A stretch of 64,000 bases of DNA from Deltaproteobacteria bacterium. GTDB taxonomy: Bacteria > Myxococcota_A > Polyangia > Fen-1088. The position numbers were made by a program, and so were the translations under genes. Shown here piece by piece: positions 7,942 to 18,147 of the stretch. The notes under the pieces are model-generated. The model saw only the letters and a list, made by a program, of their open reading frames with translations. It had not been told where the DNA came from and did no database searches. Each line of letters starts with the position of its first letter. Within the stretch, counting starts at the first letter, position 1. The stretch is from the NCBI GenBank assembly GCA_033763315.1, contig JANRKS010000006.1, positions 32,001 through 96,000 on the forward strand, in the 5' to 3' direction.

Positions 7942-10002
7942 ATGCTAAAGGCGATCGGAAGAATCTTCGTGGCGTCACTGCTTGTGACGGCTTGTGGATC
8001 AAACTCACAGTCTGATGCGACGGATGACGGCCGCATGGACGATGCCGCGGGTGGGGCCGCTGGCTCGGGCGGCCAAGCGGGCTCACCAGGCCAAGGTGGC
8101 AGCGCAGGCCAGGCGGCCTCCGGTCAAGGCGGCAGTCCGTCGTCGCAGGCCGGAGCGGGGGGCGCCTCGTCGCCCGTGCCATCTTCGGTGGATCCCAAAG
8201 AAGGAAAATCGATATTCGAAACGCTTTTCGGTTTCGAGCCGCATTTTGTGGAGCCGCCCGATTCGGGCATGGCCAACATCAAACGTGATTTCGGCGCCAA
8301 GGGCGATGGCGTCAGTGACGACACGGGTGCGTTTAAGAGAGCCATTGAAGCGGATGAGCCGCGCACCATCTTCATTCCTCAAGGCACATACTTGGTGCGC
8401 GATCAGCTTCGTTATGGCGAGGCCGCAACGAAAAAGAAGCGCGTGTTGCTCATCGGCGAGAGCCGAACCCAAAGCATCATCAAGCTGGCCGATGGATCCC
8501 CGGGCTTTGCCAATCCCGCGAAGCCACGCGTGTTCATCCACACAAGGCCTTCCGCTCAGCAAGCTGAGCAGAATATGCACCACTACATTTATCATTTGAC
8601 CTTGGAGATCGGTCGCAACAACCCCGGTGCCATCGCGTTGAACTATCACACCAACAACTCGGGCACGGTCAAAGACGTCAGCATTCGAGCCTCTGATCCG
8701 TTGGGCCATCCGGGCCTCGTGGGCATCGCCTTCGATGACGTTTGGTTTGGGCCTGGTGGTGGCCGCTACATCGACATTGATGGCTTCAAAACGGGCGTGC
8801 TGATTGGCAGCGCACAAAACCACACGACGCTTGAGCACATCGTTGTGAAAAACTGTGAAACGGGCTTTCTCAATTCAGGCTACGGCGTAAGCGCACGCAA
8901 CTTGCGCACCGACAAATGTGCAACCGGCTTCCGCGCGAAAGGAGGATTGAGCGTGGTGGTGGGCGCGCAGTTCTCGAACGGCAGCGACGGCACGGCGATG
9001 GATCTGGGCCAAGGTCAAGCGCTGGTGCGCGATCTACGGAGCACGGGCTACAAAACGGCGATACAGGGCGCAACGAATACGGTGCCCGGGCCCGACGTAG
9101 CCGCGTGGACGTCAAGCGAAGCGCGTAGCAACTGGCCCATCGTTGGCCAACCGATGGTTCTACCCATCGAAGAAAGCCCAGAGCATCAGTATCCCCAAAC
9201 AGCCGCGCAGTGGGCCGTCGTTCCTTCCGCTGATGATATTGCGCCAAGCCTGCAGGCAGCCATCGATGCGGGTAAAGAAACCATTTACATTAAGGGCGGC
9301 CAAATTCGCAGCACGGTCGTGTTGCGCAACAAGGTCAAACGGATCATGGGCCTTGGCGTTCGGGTGATTGGGTTCATGACTGCTGACGCTCCGGCGTTCC
9401 GTATGGCGGCCGGTGATGACCACCCTGTCATCATCGAATTGATTTATTCCGCGTACGAGTCGAACGCAAAGTTCGCTCTGGAACACGCGGCGCCACGCAC
9501 ATTGGTGTTTCGCCACGGCTCGGCTTCTTATCGCAGCTTGCCTTCGGCGGCGGGGGCGCGCGTGTTTATGGAAAGCGTTGTGAGTTATCCGTTCTTGTTC
9601 AGCGGCGTTAACGCGTGGCTGAGGGACATAAACACCGAACAGGGCGGCGACCAGGTTCCGAACATCGTGAACAGCGGTGGAACGCTGTGGGTGCTGGGGC
9701 AAAAAACGGAAGACTACGCCACGAAACTGGCCACCAAGGACAACGGGCGAACCGAATTGCTGGGCGGCACATACCGCCAAAATTGGGACAGCGCAGACAA
9801 TGTGGGCCCGCTTTTAGACAACAACCCGCTGTTTGACATCGATAACGCGCGCGCCAGCCTTTCCTTCACAACGTGGGCAACCCACGCGGGGGCGCCCCCT
9901 TACAAGATTCTCGTGCGCGAGCGACGTGGCAACGACACGAAATTCCTGCTGAGCAGCGCCGCCCCGGGGACGCAGGCCCTGTTCGTGGGCAGCGGGCCCT
10001 GA
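7942..10002 (+). CDS. lipoprotein with pectate_lyase_3/GH55-like right-handed beta-helix (glycan-active enzyme)
   Basis: Lipobox VTAC, NIKRDFGAKGDGVSDDT...IFIPQGTY, and a second degenerate copy DDIAPSLQAAID. GAGGA RBS upstream of the start. Confidence 0.8.
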   Translation: MLKAIGRIFVASLLVTACGSNSQSDATDDGRMDDAAGGAAGSGGQAGSPGQGGSAGQAASGQGGSPSSQAGAGGASSPVPSSVDPKEGKSIFETLFGFEPHFVEPPDSGMANIKRDFGAKGDGVSDDTGAFKRAIEADEPRTIFIPQGTYLVRDQLRYGEAATKKKRVLLIGESRTQSIIKLADGSPGFANPAKPRVFIHTRPSAQQAEQNMHHYIYHLTLEIGRNNPGAIALNYHTNNSGTVKDVSIRASDPLGHPGLVGIAFDDVWFGPGGGRYIDIDGFKTGVLIGSAQNHTTLEHIVVKNCETGFLNSGYGVSARNLRTDKCATGFRAKGGLSVVVGAQFSNGSDGTAMDLGQGQALVRDLRSTGYKTAIQGATNTVPGPDVAAWTSSEARSNWPIVGQPMVLPIEESPEHQYPQTAAQWAVVPSADDIAPSLQAAIDAGKETIYIKGGQIRSTVVLRNKVKRIMGLGVRVIGFMTADAPAFRMAAGDDHPVIIELIYSAYESNAKFALEHAAPRTLVFRHGSASYRSLPSAAGARVFMESVVSYPFLFSGVNAWLRDINTEQGGDQVPNIVNSGGTLWVLGQKTEDYATKLATKDNGRTELLGGTYRQNWDSADNVGPLLDNNPLFDIDNARASLSFTTWATHAGAPPYKILVRERRGNDTKFLLSSAAPGTQALFVGSGP

Positions 10003-10060
10003 AAATATAGTTGAGCTCTGTCAATGCGATCCCGCGCGGCAATCGGGTGGAATAAGGAGC

Positions 10061-11827
10061 ATGGACTTGTCAGTGTCGTCCTTGTTCCGACGTGCGCGGC
10101 CCGCCGCCTACGCAACCTGGTTTGCTGTGTTGTCCCTCGCTGCTCAGGGTTGTTCCGCCTCCGCCGGGACCTCTGATGGGGACACTGACGACGGGGAAGG
10201 CGGACAATCGGGAGGCTCGGGAGGGGGAGGGGAAGGCGGGATCGTGGTTCCACCGCCGCCCCCGGGATGCGACGCGGTGGAGCCTCTTGCACCCACGGCT
10301 CGTCGGCTCACGCAAAGCGAAGTCATCAACTCGGTGAGGGACGTCCTGGGCGTCGTGTTGACGCCCCAGACGGCAGGCTTCGAGAAGGAAACCATCACCG
10401 GATTCTCGACGGACGTGGTTGCTCTCATTCCAAACTTCGAGTTTGTACGATCGAGCGTAACCCTCGGTGAGAAGGTGACGGCGAAGCTCACGGACCGCGC
10501 CGCCTTTGTGCAGAAGTTTGGTGGTTGCAACGAATACGGCGAAGCGTGCGAAACAAAGTTCGTGAAAGGCCTGGGCCTACGGTTGTTCCGACGACCTTTG
10601 GCGGACGAAGAGGTTGCGCGCTTTCGCAAAATCTTGGCCGATGCAAATCAACAGAAGATGCCGTTCGCGGAGGGTACGTCGTACGTCTTGCAAGCCATGC
10701 TCGGATCGGCAAGCTTTCTTTACCGGATGGAGCCCGAAGTGGGTGACGGCTCGTTCCGTCAACTCGACGACTACCAAATTGCGAGCCGCCTTTCGTTCGC
10801 GCTGTGGGCCACGTCGCCCGACGACGAGTTGATGAACAAGGCGCGAGAAGGAAAGCTAAAGAATGCAAGCGAGCGCGAAGCGCAAGTGGAACGAATGCTT
10901 AACGACAACCGCGCCAAGGAAGTCTTCGCCCGTTACGCCTCCGACTGGTTGGTGCTCGAACAAGCCGGGAAGATTCTTTACGACGAGAAGATGTATCCGG
11001 AGTACACGCCGGCCTTAGGCGCCCAGATCGTCGAAGAAACGAAAGCGTTTATCGACGCTTTCTGGGACGAAGGTTTGCCGCACAACGAGATCTACACAGC
11101 CAAGTTCGCGTTCGCCGATAAGAAGATGGCCGAGATCTATGGTTTCGAGAACCCCAAAGAGGGGCTTACGCGTTATGACCTGTCCAAGGATCCCCATCGC
11201 TTTGGCTTGCTCACTCAAGCCGCAATCCTTGGGCCTTCGGGGGTTCGCTCGACGGAGCCTGGAATCGTGTTTCGTGGCCAGTTCATCCTTAAGCGTTTTA
11301 TGTGCACCGAGCCTCCTGAGTTAACGCAAGAACTACGAGAATCACTGGGCGATCGAATCGCTGAGAACCTGCAGGTTGGCGAATCAAAGTCGCAGCGCTT
11401 CGCTGCCGAGGCTCGTAACTCTGGCGGCACTTGCGCCGCCTGCCACAGCACGTTTGATCCTTTGGCCTACGCCCTTGAGCCGTACGACAGCTTGGGTCGC
11501 CATCGCGAGCAGGACCGCTTCGGAAATAAACTGCGCACCGACGGCAAGTTCACGTCAAGCCTTGATTCAGAAGAGCGCTCGTTTGCGACCACCGAAGAAT
11601 TCGCAACAACCTTCGCGCAGCTGCCACAGACGCGGGCCTGCCTGGTCGCCAATGCCTTGCACTTCTTGGCAGGGCAAGCCATCCACATTGACGACGAGAA
11701 GCAGGGCTGCCTGGTTGAGTCCATCAAGAACTCGATGAGCAAGCCTGACGCCTCGTTCAAGGACTTGTTCCGCGCCATCGCTTTGCACCCTGCGAACCAG
11801 GGCTTCAAGACACTTGCGGCGCCGTAG
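10061..11827 (+). CDS. DUF1592/DUF1588-family heme-c lipoprotein (pair 1)
   Basis: RRLT..E..NS, FRRPL, IASRLSF.LW..PD, CAACH...DPL.Y.LE.YD..GR; lipobox AQGC. Confidence 0.9.
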   Translation: MDLSVSSLFRRARPAAYATWFAVLSLAAQGCSASAGTSDGDTDDGEGGQSGGSGGGGEGGIVVPPPPPGCDAVEPLAPTARRLTQSEVINSVRDVLGVVLTPQTAGFEKETITGFSTDVVALIPNFEFVRSSVTLGEKVTAKLTDRAAFVQKFGGCNEYGEACETKFVKGLGLRLFRRPLADEEVARFRKILADANQQKMPFAEGTSYVLQAMLGSASFLYRMEPEVGDGSFRQLDDYQIASRLSFALWATSPDDELMNKAREGKLKNASEREAQVERMLNDNRAKEVFARYASDWLVLEQAGKILYDEKMYPEYTPALGAQIVEETKAFIDAFWDEGLPHNEIYTAKFAFADKKMAEIYGFENPKEGLTRYDLSKDPHRFGLLTQAAILGPSGVRSTEPGIVFRGQFILKRFMCTEPPELTQELRESLGDRIAENLQVGESKSQRFAAEARNSGGTCAACHSTFDPLAYALEPYDSLGRHREQDRFGNKLRTDGKFTSSLDSEERSFATTEEFATTFAQLPQTRACLVANALHFLAGQAIHIDDEKQGCLVESIKNSMSKPDASFKDLFRAIALHPANQGFKTLAAP

Positions 11828-11868
11828 ACGACGAAACCATCCAGCCAGCGACTTTAAGGACAAAGACA

Positions 11869-13290
11869 ATGAAATACCGTCATGTACTGAGCCGGCGCAC
11901 GATGCTTCGCGGATTCGGAGGGGCAGCCATCGCTTTGCCCTTCCTGGACGAAATGCGTTCAAGCACGGCCTACGCGGCCGATGTGGCTCCGGCGTGTGTT
12001 ACGTACTTCTTCGGCAACGGCATACCGGTAAAGGCCTTCAATGGGGGCCTCACCGGACGGGTTGCACCGTTGAGCGAGATAGCGGCAAGGTCAGCGATTC
12101 ATGCCCGCGTGAACTTGACCAAATCTTTCCACGGCCCAGCGACGGAGGCGAGCCTTCGCGGCAAGGCCAATGCGGGCCCATCGATTGAACAGTACGTCAG
12201 GCACAAAAAGTATGCGGGCGGCGTGGTTCCGACGCGTTTGACCAACTTGTCGGCCGGCATCTACTGGCGCACCGATGAAGGTTACAAATACAAGCACAGC
12301 TTTGACATGAACGGGGACTCGATGGATACCAATCCACCGAGGTCGCTGAAGGCCATTTTCGACCGCCTGTTCGTAGGCTTTAAGCCGCCGGGAAATCCGG
12401 GCACTGACCCTGTGCCGACCCCTTCCGGTCCGAACCTGAAGCGCAGCGTGCTCGACGCCGTTGTTGCGGACTACAAGTTCTACACGTCTAGTGCGGGGAA
12501 CTTGGGCGCCACCAGCCGCGAACGTATCAAGTCGCATCTTGATCGTATTTACGAAGTCGAAAAAACTCTGCCGGGCCTGGACGCTCAGATGCAGAACGCA
12601 ACCAATCCCTCTGGGCCGCTTTCAGGCGGCTCTTCGAGCTGCAAAGTTCCCGCGGCCACGAACGAGGGACAACTTCCCGATCCCAATAACAATGGTGTGC
12701 CCCCCATCAGCCCGGATCTGATCGAGAGCTATTGGAAGAAGATGGTGGACCTTTATGCGATGGGGCTCCACTGCGACATCTTCCGTTTCGGCAATCTCAT
12801 GGCCAGCGGATCGGCGGAGCGAATCATCTTCAAGGGCTCGATGAACTACAACGGGCAAACCCGGTCTGTAAATCACGGCAAAAATGGCCATGATTATTGG
12901 CACGACTGGAGCCCGAGCAACAATTTTGCGCAGGAGCTTGAGGAGCACATCAACTTCGTGTGTAGGCAGATGGTCTTCTTCGTGAAGGCGCTTGACGACA
13001 AGGCTTACGTTCAGGCCAACGGCAAGACGTTTTGGGAGAATCAGCTCGTTGTCGTCACAACCGAACTCGACAACCACTCGAATATGGACCACGCCACGGA
13101 CAGGACGTTTCATCTCGTCTCCCCTGCGGGCGGCAAGATCAAGCCTGGTGTGCTGATGGCCGAAAGCAGTCCGCAGGTCACGTATGTGGACTTCTATGAA
13201 ACCCTGCTCAAGGGATTCGGCATTGAGAACCCGAGTGACTTTGGTCTTGCGTCTCAGCGCAAGGGACTGGCCACAGGCGTTCTTGCTTAG
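11869..13290 (+). CDS. DUF1552-family Tat-exported protein (pair 1)
   Basis: SRRTMLRG..LPFLDEM, RSVLD, HL..I..VE, CD..R, GHDYWH. Confidence 0.9.
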   Translation: MKYRHVLSRRTMLRGFGGAAIALPFLDEMRSSTAYAADVAPACVTYFFGNGIPVKAFNGGLTGRVAPLSEIAARSAIHARVNLTKSFHGPATEASLRGKANAGPSIEQYVRHKKYAGGVVPTRLTNLSAGIYWRTDEGYKYKHSFDMNGDSMDTNPPRSLKAIFDRLFVGFKPPGNPGTDPVPTPSGPNLKRSVLDAVVADYKFYTSSAGNLGATSRERIKSHLDRIYEVEKTLPGLDAQMQNATNPSGPLSGGSSSCKVPAATNEGQLPDPNNNGVPPISPDLIESYWKKMVDLYAMGLHCDIFRFGNLMASGSAERIIFKGSMNYNGQTRSVNHGKNGHDYWHDWSPSNNFAQELEEHINFVCRQMVFFVKALDDKAYVQANGKTFWENQLVVVTTELDNHSNMDHATDRTFHLVSPAGGKIKPGVLMAESSPQVTYVDFYETLLKGFGIENPSDFGLASQRKGLATGVLA

Positions 13291-13411
13291 CGCTAAACGC
13301 GACGGAACGCAGCCCACACACGTTTGTTCATTCACTCCAAAATTTCTTTAACGAAAACGCCTGCACGCGGCCTCCTACGAAGAACTTTAGTTTCTCTTGG
13401 AGGGAGTACGA

Positions 13412-14632
13412 ATGAAACGCTTGAAAAATGAATCCAGCCAATGTGTGAGGCCTTGTCGATTGTTGGCGATGGCCTTTATCGTAGGCGCGCTTGCTGCGGG
13501 TTGTGGTGGTGGGAGTGGGAGCGGAGGTGGCGATCCTGACAGCGGCGCCGGCAACATGGGTGGCGCAGGTCTAGAACCTGGGGCCGGGGGATCACCCGGA
13601 ACGGGTGGCAACGCCAACGTGGCAGGATCGCCGGGTCAAGGCGGCGACAACCCGGACGGAGGCGAGAATACCAGCGACGCAAGCGTTGGCGCGGGCGGAA
13701 GTCCTGGTATGGGTGGCGCGCCCGGCATGGGAGGCTCTGGCTCGGGCGGAACGGGTGGTGCAGCGCCTGCGTGCGGTGCCGTCGGACAGCCTTGCTGCGC
13801 CAACGACGCTTGCAACACAGGCGCAGCATGCGATGAACGACAAGGCCCAGACATTTGCGTGGCATGTGGACAACCTGGTGGCCCATGCTGTGAGGGCAAC
13901 GCATGCGGAGGCGGTGGCTGTTGTATCGACGACGCGTGTATCGCCAGCGGCCAAGCTTGCACGGATGGCATCGACGGTGTGTGCACGGCTGGCGCTTGCG
14001 TGGAAGGCACACAAAAATGCGGTGGCCAAGGCGACGCTTGTTGCGATGGCGGGACCTGTACGGCCAGTGGTTTGGGCTGCATCCAGGGCATGTGTCAAGC
14101 CTGCGGCGGGGCCGATCAACGATGCTGTGGCGGCCAAGCTAACAGTTGCAACAATGGCCTAAGCTGTCAGGGTGCCGGCGGTGGCCAACCTCCGTTGTGC
14201 AAACCATGCGGAAAGACGGGCCAGGCGTGTTGTGGCGGCTTTGGAGGAAGCTGCGAATCGGGGAACCGTTGTGCACAAAACAATGGCGCCAGCGTCTGCC
14301 AAGCCTGTGGTGGCGCAGGGCAGGCGTGTTGTGGCTTTCAGCGTACGTGTGGAACCGGTCTTCGCTGTGGCGGCTCGGGCGAACAAGAGGTTTGCCAGCC
14401 CTGCGGCACCGAGGGAACCGCTTGTTGTGGCACGGGTGCAAATCGCACGTGTGGCGCAGCGTTGGCTTGTCGCCAAGTGCAAGACGCTTTGACCTGCGTT
14501 AAGTGTGGGGCACAAGGCGAAGCTTGCTGCGGCTCCGGTCTGACTGGTGACATGTGCAATCAAGGCCTCACGTGCGGCTTCTCGCAGAATGGCCGTACAT
14601 GCCGACCTGCCATGATGTCCGTTATGCCGTAG
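13412..14632 (+). CDS. Cys-rich repeat lipoprotein (about 8 CGxxGxxCC units)
   Basis: Lipobox AAGC, Gly-rich tether, tandem six-Cys repeats; GGAGGGAG RBS before ATG 13412. Confidence 0.8.
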   Translation: MKRLKNESSQCVRPCRLLAMAFIVGALAAGCGGGSGSGGGDPDSGAGNMGGAGLEPGAGGSPGTGGNANVAGSPGQGGDNPDGGENTSDASVGAGGSPGMGGAPGMGGSGSGGTGGAAPACGAVGQPCCANDACNTGAACDERQGPDICVACGQPGGPCCEGNACGGGGCCIDDACIASGQACTDGIDGVCTAGACVEGTQKCGGQGDACCDGGTCTASGLGCIQGMCQACGGADQRCCGGQANSCNNGLSCQGAGGGQPPLCKPCGKTGQACCGGFGGSCESGNRCAQNNGASVCQACGGAGQACCGFQRTCGTGLRCGGSGEQEVCQPCGTEGTACCGTGANRTCGAALACRQVQDALTCVKCGAQGEACCGSGLTGDMCNQGLTCGFSQNGRTCRPAMMSVMP

Positions 14633-14649
14633 GCGTATTTGACTGACCG

Positions 14650-14697
14650 CAACGCACTGATGCCAGCGCTCCTTGGGCGGCTGGCATCAATGCGTTG
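14650..14697 (+). terminator. long imperfect hairpin after the Cys-rich gene (terminator or RNA-stabilising element)
   Basis: Arms CAACGCA-C-TGATGCCAGC and GCTGGCATCA-A-TGCGTTG; no strong U-tract. Confidence 0.5.
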
Positions 14698-14839
14698 ATG
14701 GTAACCGCTCGTCGTTGTTCGCTCACGTCTTCACATGGTGCGGTGCCCCTGTGGGGCCGGCCCAACAGCTGTTGGCTGCCTCCAACACCTCAGTCAAGCG
14801 GGGGGGGCACGTTCACTTGACATAGCGTGAGCTTAGGTG

Positions 14840-14855
14840 TGGTCCAAGCCTTGCT
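14840..14855 (+). promoter_or_regulatory. putative sigma-54 promoter for pair 2
   Basis: TGGTCCAAGCCTTGCT has the GG-N10-GC spacing with TTGCT; a perfect palindrome CCAACAGCTGTTGG lies upstream at 14762..14775. Confidence 0.45.
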
Positions 14856-14922
14856 TAACTAGCGTTCCTAGGTTCGGCGGTTGATTGGCCGTTCAACCAA
14901 GCCCACTGAAGGAGTTCAAGCA

Positions 14923-16653
14923 ATGGGGACGAGATTGCCGAAGGGGACGCGGATCACCTTGAGGACCCGAGACATCGTTCGCGCCTGTGCGTTCGTAATG
15001 ATGTTCAGCTCGTGCCAAGGCACTGTTGGCAACACGGGCGACGCCACGGGAGGTGGTGGAACAGGAGGCGAGGGTGCCGGCGCCACGGGGGGCGATGACG
15101 TCAGCGTGAGCCCAAGCGCTGGGGGCACGGGCGTCACCGTCAACCAGAAGGCGTTCGCGCCCATGGTGGCTCACATGTTCCGCCTTACACGCGAGCAGTT
15201 GTCAAATATCGTGACTGACGTCTTCGGCAACAAAGTGAGTCTGACCAAGCCAATCGAGGCTGACGAAACCAACGAAGTTTTTCTGGCGGAGGGTGCGGCG
15301 TCCGTTGCCACATCGGCGCGTGGTGTTGAACAATACGAGGACGCCGCGTTTGACGTGGCCACCCAGGCCTTGGCCCAGCGTTCCGCCATAGCGTGGTTGG
15401 CCGCGTGCCAACCCAAAAGCGATTCTGATGCTTGTATTGCGAAGCTCGTGGCAGACGTTGGTCAGCGGCTGTGGCGAAGGCCTCTCACCGACGCGGAAGT
15501 TCGCGCTTACGCTTCCATCGTAGGCCTCAGCGGCAGCGATGCGGCCGCGCGCGATGTAGGAATGACATATCTGTTGGCCGCCCTCCTGCAGTCGCCGAAT
15601 TTTATCTACGTGGCGTTCGTCGGCGAGCCCGACGACGCGACGGGCATGCGGCGCCTGACGGGATATGAAATGGCGTCAAGGTTGTCGCTGTTTCTTTGGA
15701 ACTCAGGTCCCGACGCTGAACTGCTGGCCGCCGCCGGTGCAGGGAAGCTTGACGAGGTTGCCGGCATAAACGAGCAAGCCGCGCGGATGCTTGCCCACCC
15801 GCGTGCGCGCGCCATGGTTACGAAGTTCTTCTCCGAAAGCTGGAAGGTTTCACGCCTCAATGAAGCCTCGAAGGATCCGTCGGTCTTCCCGGATTGGTCA
15901 CCGGCGTTGCTTGAATCATACAAAGGCGAGTTTCGTCGCGTCCTGGAGGACATCGTGTTCGAACGCGATGCTGATATTCGTGAGGTGCTAACCGGGACAA
16001 AAACATTCGCTGATGCCGCTGTGGCAAAGGCCTATGGCATCAATGTGAGCGGAAACGGTTTCGTATCCGCGAACCTACGAGCTTCGCAGTCGGGGTTGCT
16101 TACCTCGGGCGCTGTGATGGCTGCCAACGCGTTTTCGCAGCGCACTTCGCCCACGCAGCGAGGTGTTTTCGTGCGCGAACAAATTCTGTGCGACGAGGTG
16201 CCGGCGCCCATGCAGGGCGTGGACACGTCGCTCAAGGAAGCCGACGCCAACTTGCCTTTGCGGGAACGACTGGCCGAACATCGAACCAACCCAGTCTGTG
16301 CCAGCTGCCATGCCTTGTTCGATCCGATCGGCTTGGCATTCGAGCAGTTCGATGGCATGGGCCGCTATCGTTCGACCGAGGCAGGCAAGGCGATCGAAAC
16401 GTCCGGCACGATCGACGACGAGCCGTTTTCAGATCCACGTGGCCTGGCTGCCTTCGTTAGCCGCCAGCCGCGCACGGCGACGTGTCTTGCAAAACAGCTC
16501 CTGACGTTTGCAACGGGTGGCGAGGTTGGGGAGAAACAAGAAGGCGCTGTTGAACTGGTGGCCGAACGTACCACCCAAGCGAACCACAGTTTCAAGAAAC
16601 TGGTTCTTAACCTCGTTGCATCGCCAGCCTTCAGGTTCATCGAGAAGGACTAA
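14923..16653 (+). CDS. DUF1592/DUF1588-family heme-c lipoprotein (pair 2)
   Basis: RLTREQ, WRRPL, LLQSPNF, EMASRLS, TSPTQRG, CASCH...DPIG..FE.FD.MG; AAGGAG RBS before ATG 14923. Confidence 0.9.
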   Translation: MGTRLPKGTRITLRTRDIVRACAFVMMFSSCQGTVGNTGDATGGGGTGGEGAGATGGDDVSVSPSAGGTGVTVNQKAFAPMVAHMFRLTREQLSNIVTDVFGNKVSLTKPIEADETNEVFLAEGAASVATSARGVEQYEDAAFDVATQALAQRSAIAWLAACQPKSDSDACIAKLVADVGQRLWRRPLTDAEVRAYASIVGLSGSDAAARDVGMTYLLAALLQSPNFIYVAFVGEPDDATGMRRLTGYEMASRLSLFLWNSGPDAELLAAAGAGKLDEVAGINEQAARMLAHPRARAMVTKFFSESWKVSRLNEASKDPSVFPDWSPALLESYKGEFRRVLEDIVFERDADIREVLTGTKTFADAAVAKAYGINVSGNGFVSANLRASQSGLLTSGAVMAANAFSQRTSPTQRGVFVREQILCDEVPAPMQGVDTSLKEADANLPLRERLAEHRTNPVCASCHALFDPIGLAFEQFDGMGRYRSTEAGKAIETSGTIDDEPFSDPRGLAAFVSRQPRTATCLAKQLLTFATGGEVGEKQEGAVELVAERTTQANHSFKKLVLNLVASPAFRFIEKD

Positions 16654-16661
16654 GGAGCCTC

Positions 16662-18077
16662 ATGAAAAACTCGGGCAACAAATCATCAAGAATTGTTAGC
16701 GTGGGCCCAAAGGTCATTGAGCGTCGCACGTTTTTGCGCGGCGCCTTTGGGGGCGTGAGTTTGTCGCTGGGGCTTCCGCTGTTAGACGCCATGCTGAACA
16801 CCAACGGCGATGCACTTGCGGCGACGGGCGGGCCTCTGCCCATGCGCTTCGGTGTGTTTCATTGGGGCGGAGGGGTCAACCACAAAGCCTGGATTCCCGC
16901 GCAAACCGGCGCGAACTTCGCGCTGCCTGACTCCCTCAAGGACTTTGAGGATAGCAAGGCCTATCTGACCACCGTAACGGGCTTAAGCCACATCGAAGCA
17001 AGCCCCGGCCATATCCCGGCACGCGGAATCGCGTTGTCAAACAGCCATGACTTAAGCGTATGCCAGGGCAGCTGCGTGGGCGTGTATCGAGGCCAGGCCA
17101 TGCCCGAGCCTTCCCTTGATGCTTTGGTTGCTGAAGCCTGGAAAGGCCAGGCGCCTTATGATCTGCTGCCTGTCGGCATCTGCCGCAAAGGACCGTACGC
17201 CAGCAACAGCTCGTGGGCACGTGGTGGCACTGCGTACAACCGCCATGAGGCTTCGCCACAAGCCCTCTACGAGCGCCTCTTCTCAAAACCGCTACCGGCA
17301 ACGGGGAGCGGCGGCTCACCGGGCGTTCTGGATGTGGCCACAAAGATGCGTAAGAGCGTCTTGGATGTGCTCAAGGGTGATGCAACGGCTTTGATGGCGA
17401 AGCTGGGAACCACGGACAAACGCCGCCTGGAACAGCATCTGGAGGGCTTACGCTCCATCGAGGCGTCACTGGCAATTCGCGAGAGCATGCCGACCTCTGT
17501 CAGCTGCGCCGCACCCGATGCACCCGCGAAGAAGGACTTCGGCGATGGCACCACCAAAGAGGAGAAGGAAGCCAAATCCATTTTGATGTCGGACATTCTG
17601 GCCGTGGCCATCGCCTGCGACCTGACGCGGGTCTTCTCCTATGAATGGTCTGCCAATCAATCGCAGTCGATCTATTGGGAAGCCAACTCTACAGGTCAGC
17701 ATCACGAAGATGTCACACACGGCAAATCTCAATCAGATGAGCACGCCCGGATCATCCGCTTCATCATGAAGAACTTTGCCTATCTCACGAGAAAGCTTCG
17801 ACAGATCCCAGAAGGCGCGGGCAACGTTTTGGATCGCACGCTGATTTTTGGCACATCCGAGCATGCCGACGCGGGCGATCACAATTGGACAGATCATCCA
17901 CTTCTGCTGGTTGGTAAGGCGGGTGGCAAGGTGAAGGCAGGCGTTCACATTCGGGGCAAAGGCGAGATCGCTCCCAAAGTCATGTTTTCGGCGGTTCGAG
18001 CGGTGGGCGTCAACATCACAAAGCTCGGCCACGCGGACCGAGCGGTGACCAGTGGCTTTACTGAGATCGAACAGTAA
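16662..18077 (+). CDS. DUF1552-family Tat-exported protein (pair 2)
   Basis: ERRTFLRG...LPLLDAM, KSVLD, ACDLTRV, QHHEDVTH. Confidence 0.9.
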   Translation: MKNSGNKSSRIVSVGPKVIERRTFLRGAFGGVSLSLGLPLLDAMLNTNGDALAATGGPLPMRFGVFHWGGGVNHKAWIPAQTGANFALPDSLKDFEDSKAYLTTVTGLSHIEASPGHIPARGIALSNSHDLSVCQGSCVGVYRGQAMPEPSLDALVAEAWKGQAPYDLLPVGICRKGPYASNSSWARGGTAYNRHEASPQALYERLFSKPLPATGSGGSPGVLDVATKMRKSVLDVLKGDATALMAKLGTTDKRRLEQHLEGLRSIEASLAIRESMPTSVSCAAPDAPAKKDFGDGTTKEEKEAKSILMSDILAVAIACDLTRVFSYEWSANQSQSIYWEANSTGQHHEDVTHGKSQSDEHARIIRFIMKNFAYLTRKLRQIPEGAGNVLDRTLIFGTSEHADAGDHNWTDHPLLLVGKAGGKVKAGVHIRGKGEIAPKVMFSAVRAVGVNITKLGHADRAVTSGFTEIEQ

Positions 18078-18147
18078 GCTTTGGTTGAACGGCGCCGCCA
18101 AGGACCCCGGCACGTGCTGCTCTAGGCTGCTGGCTGACCAGGCCCGT

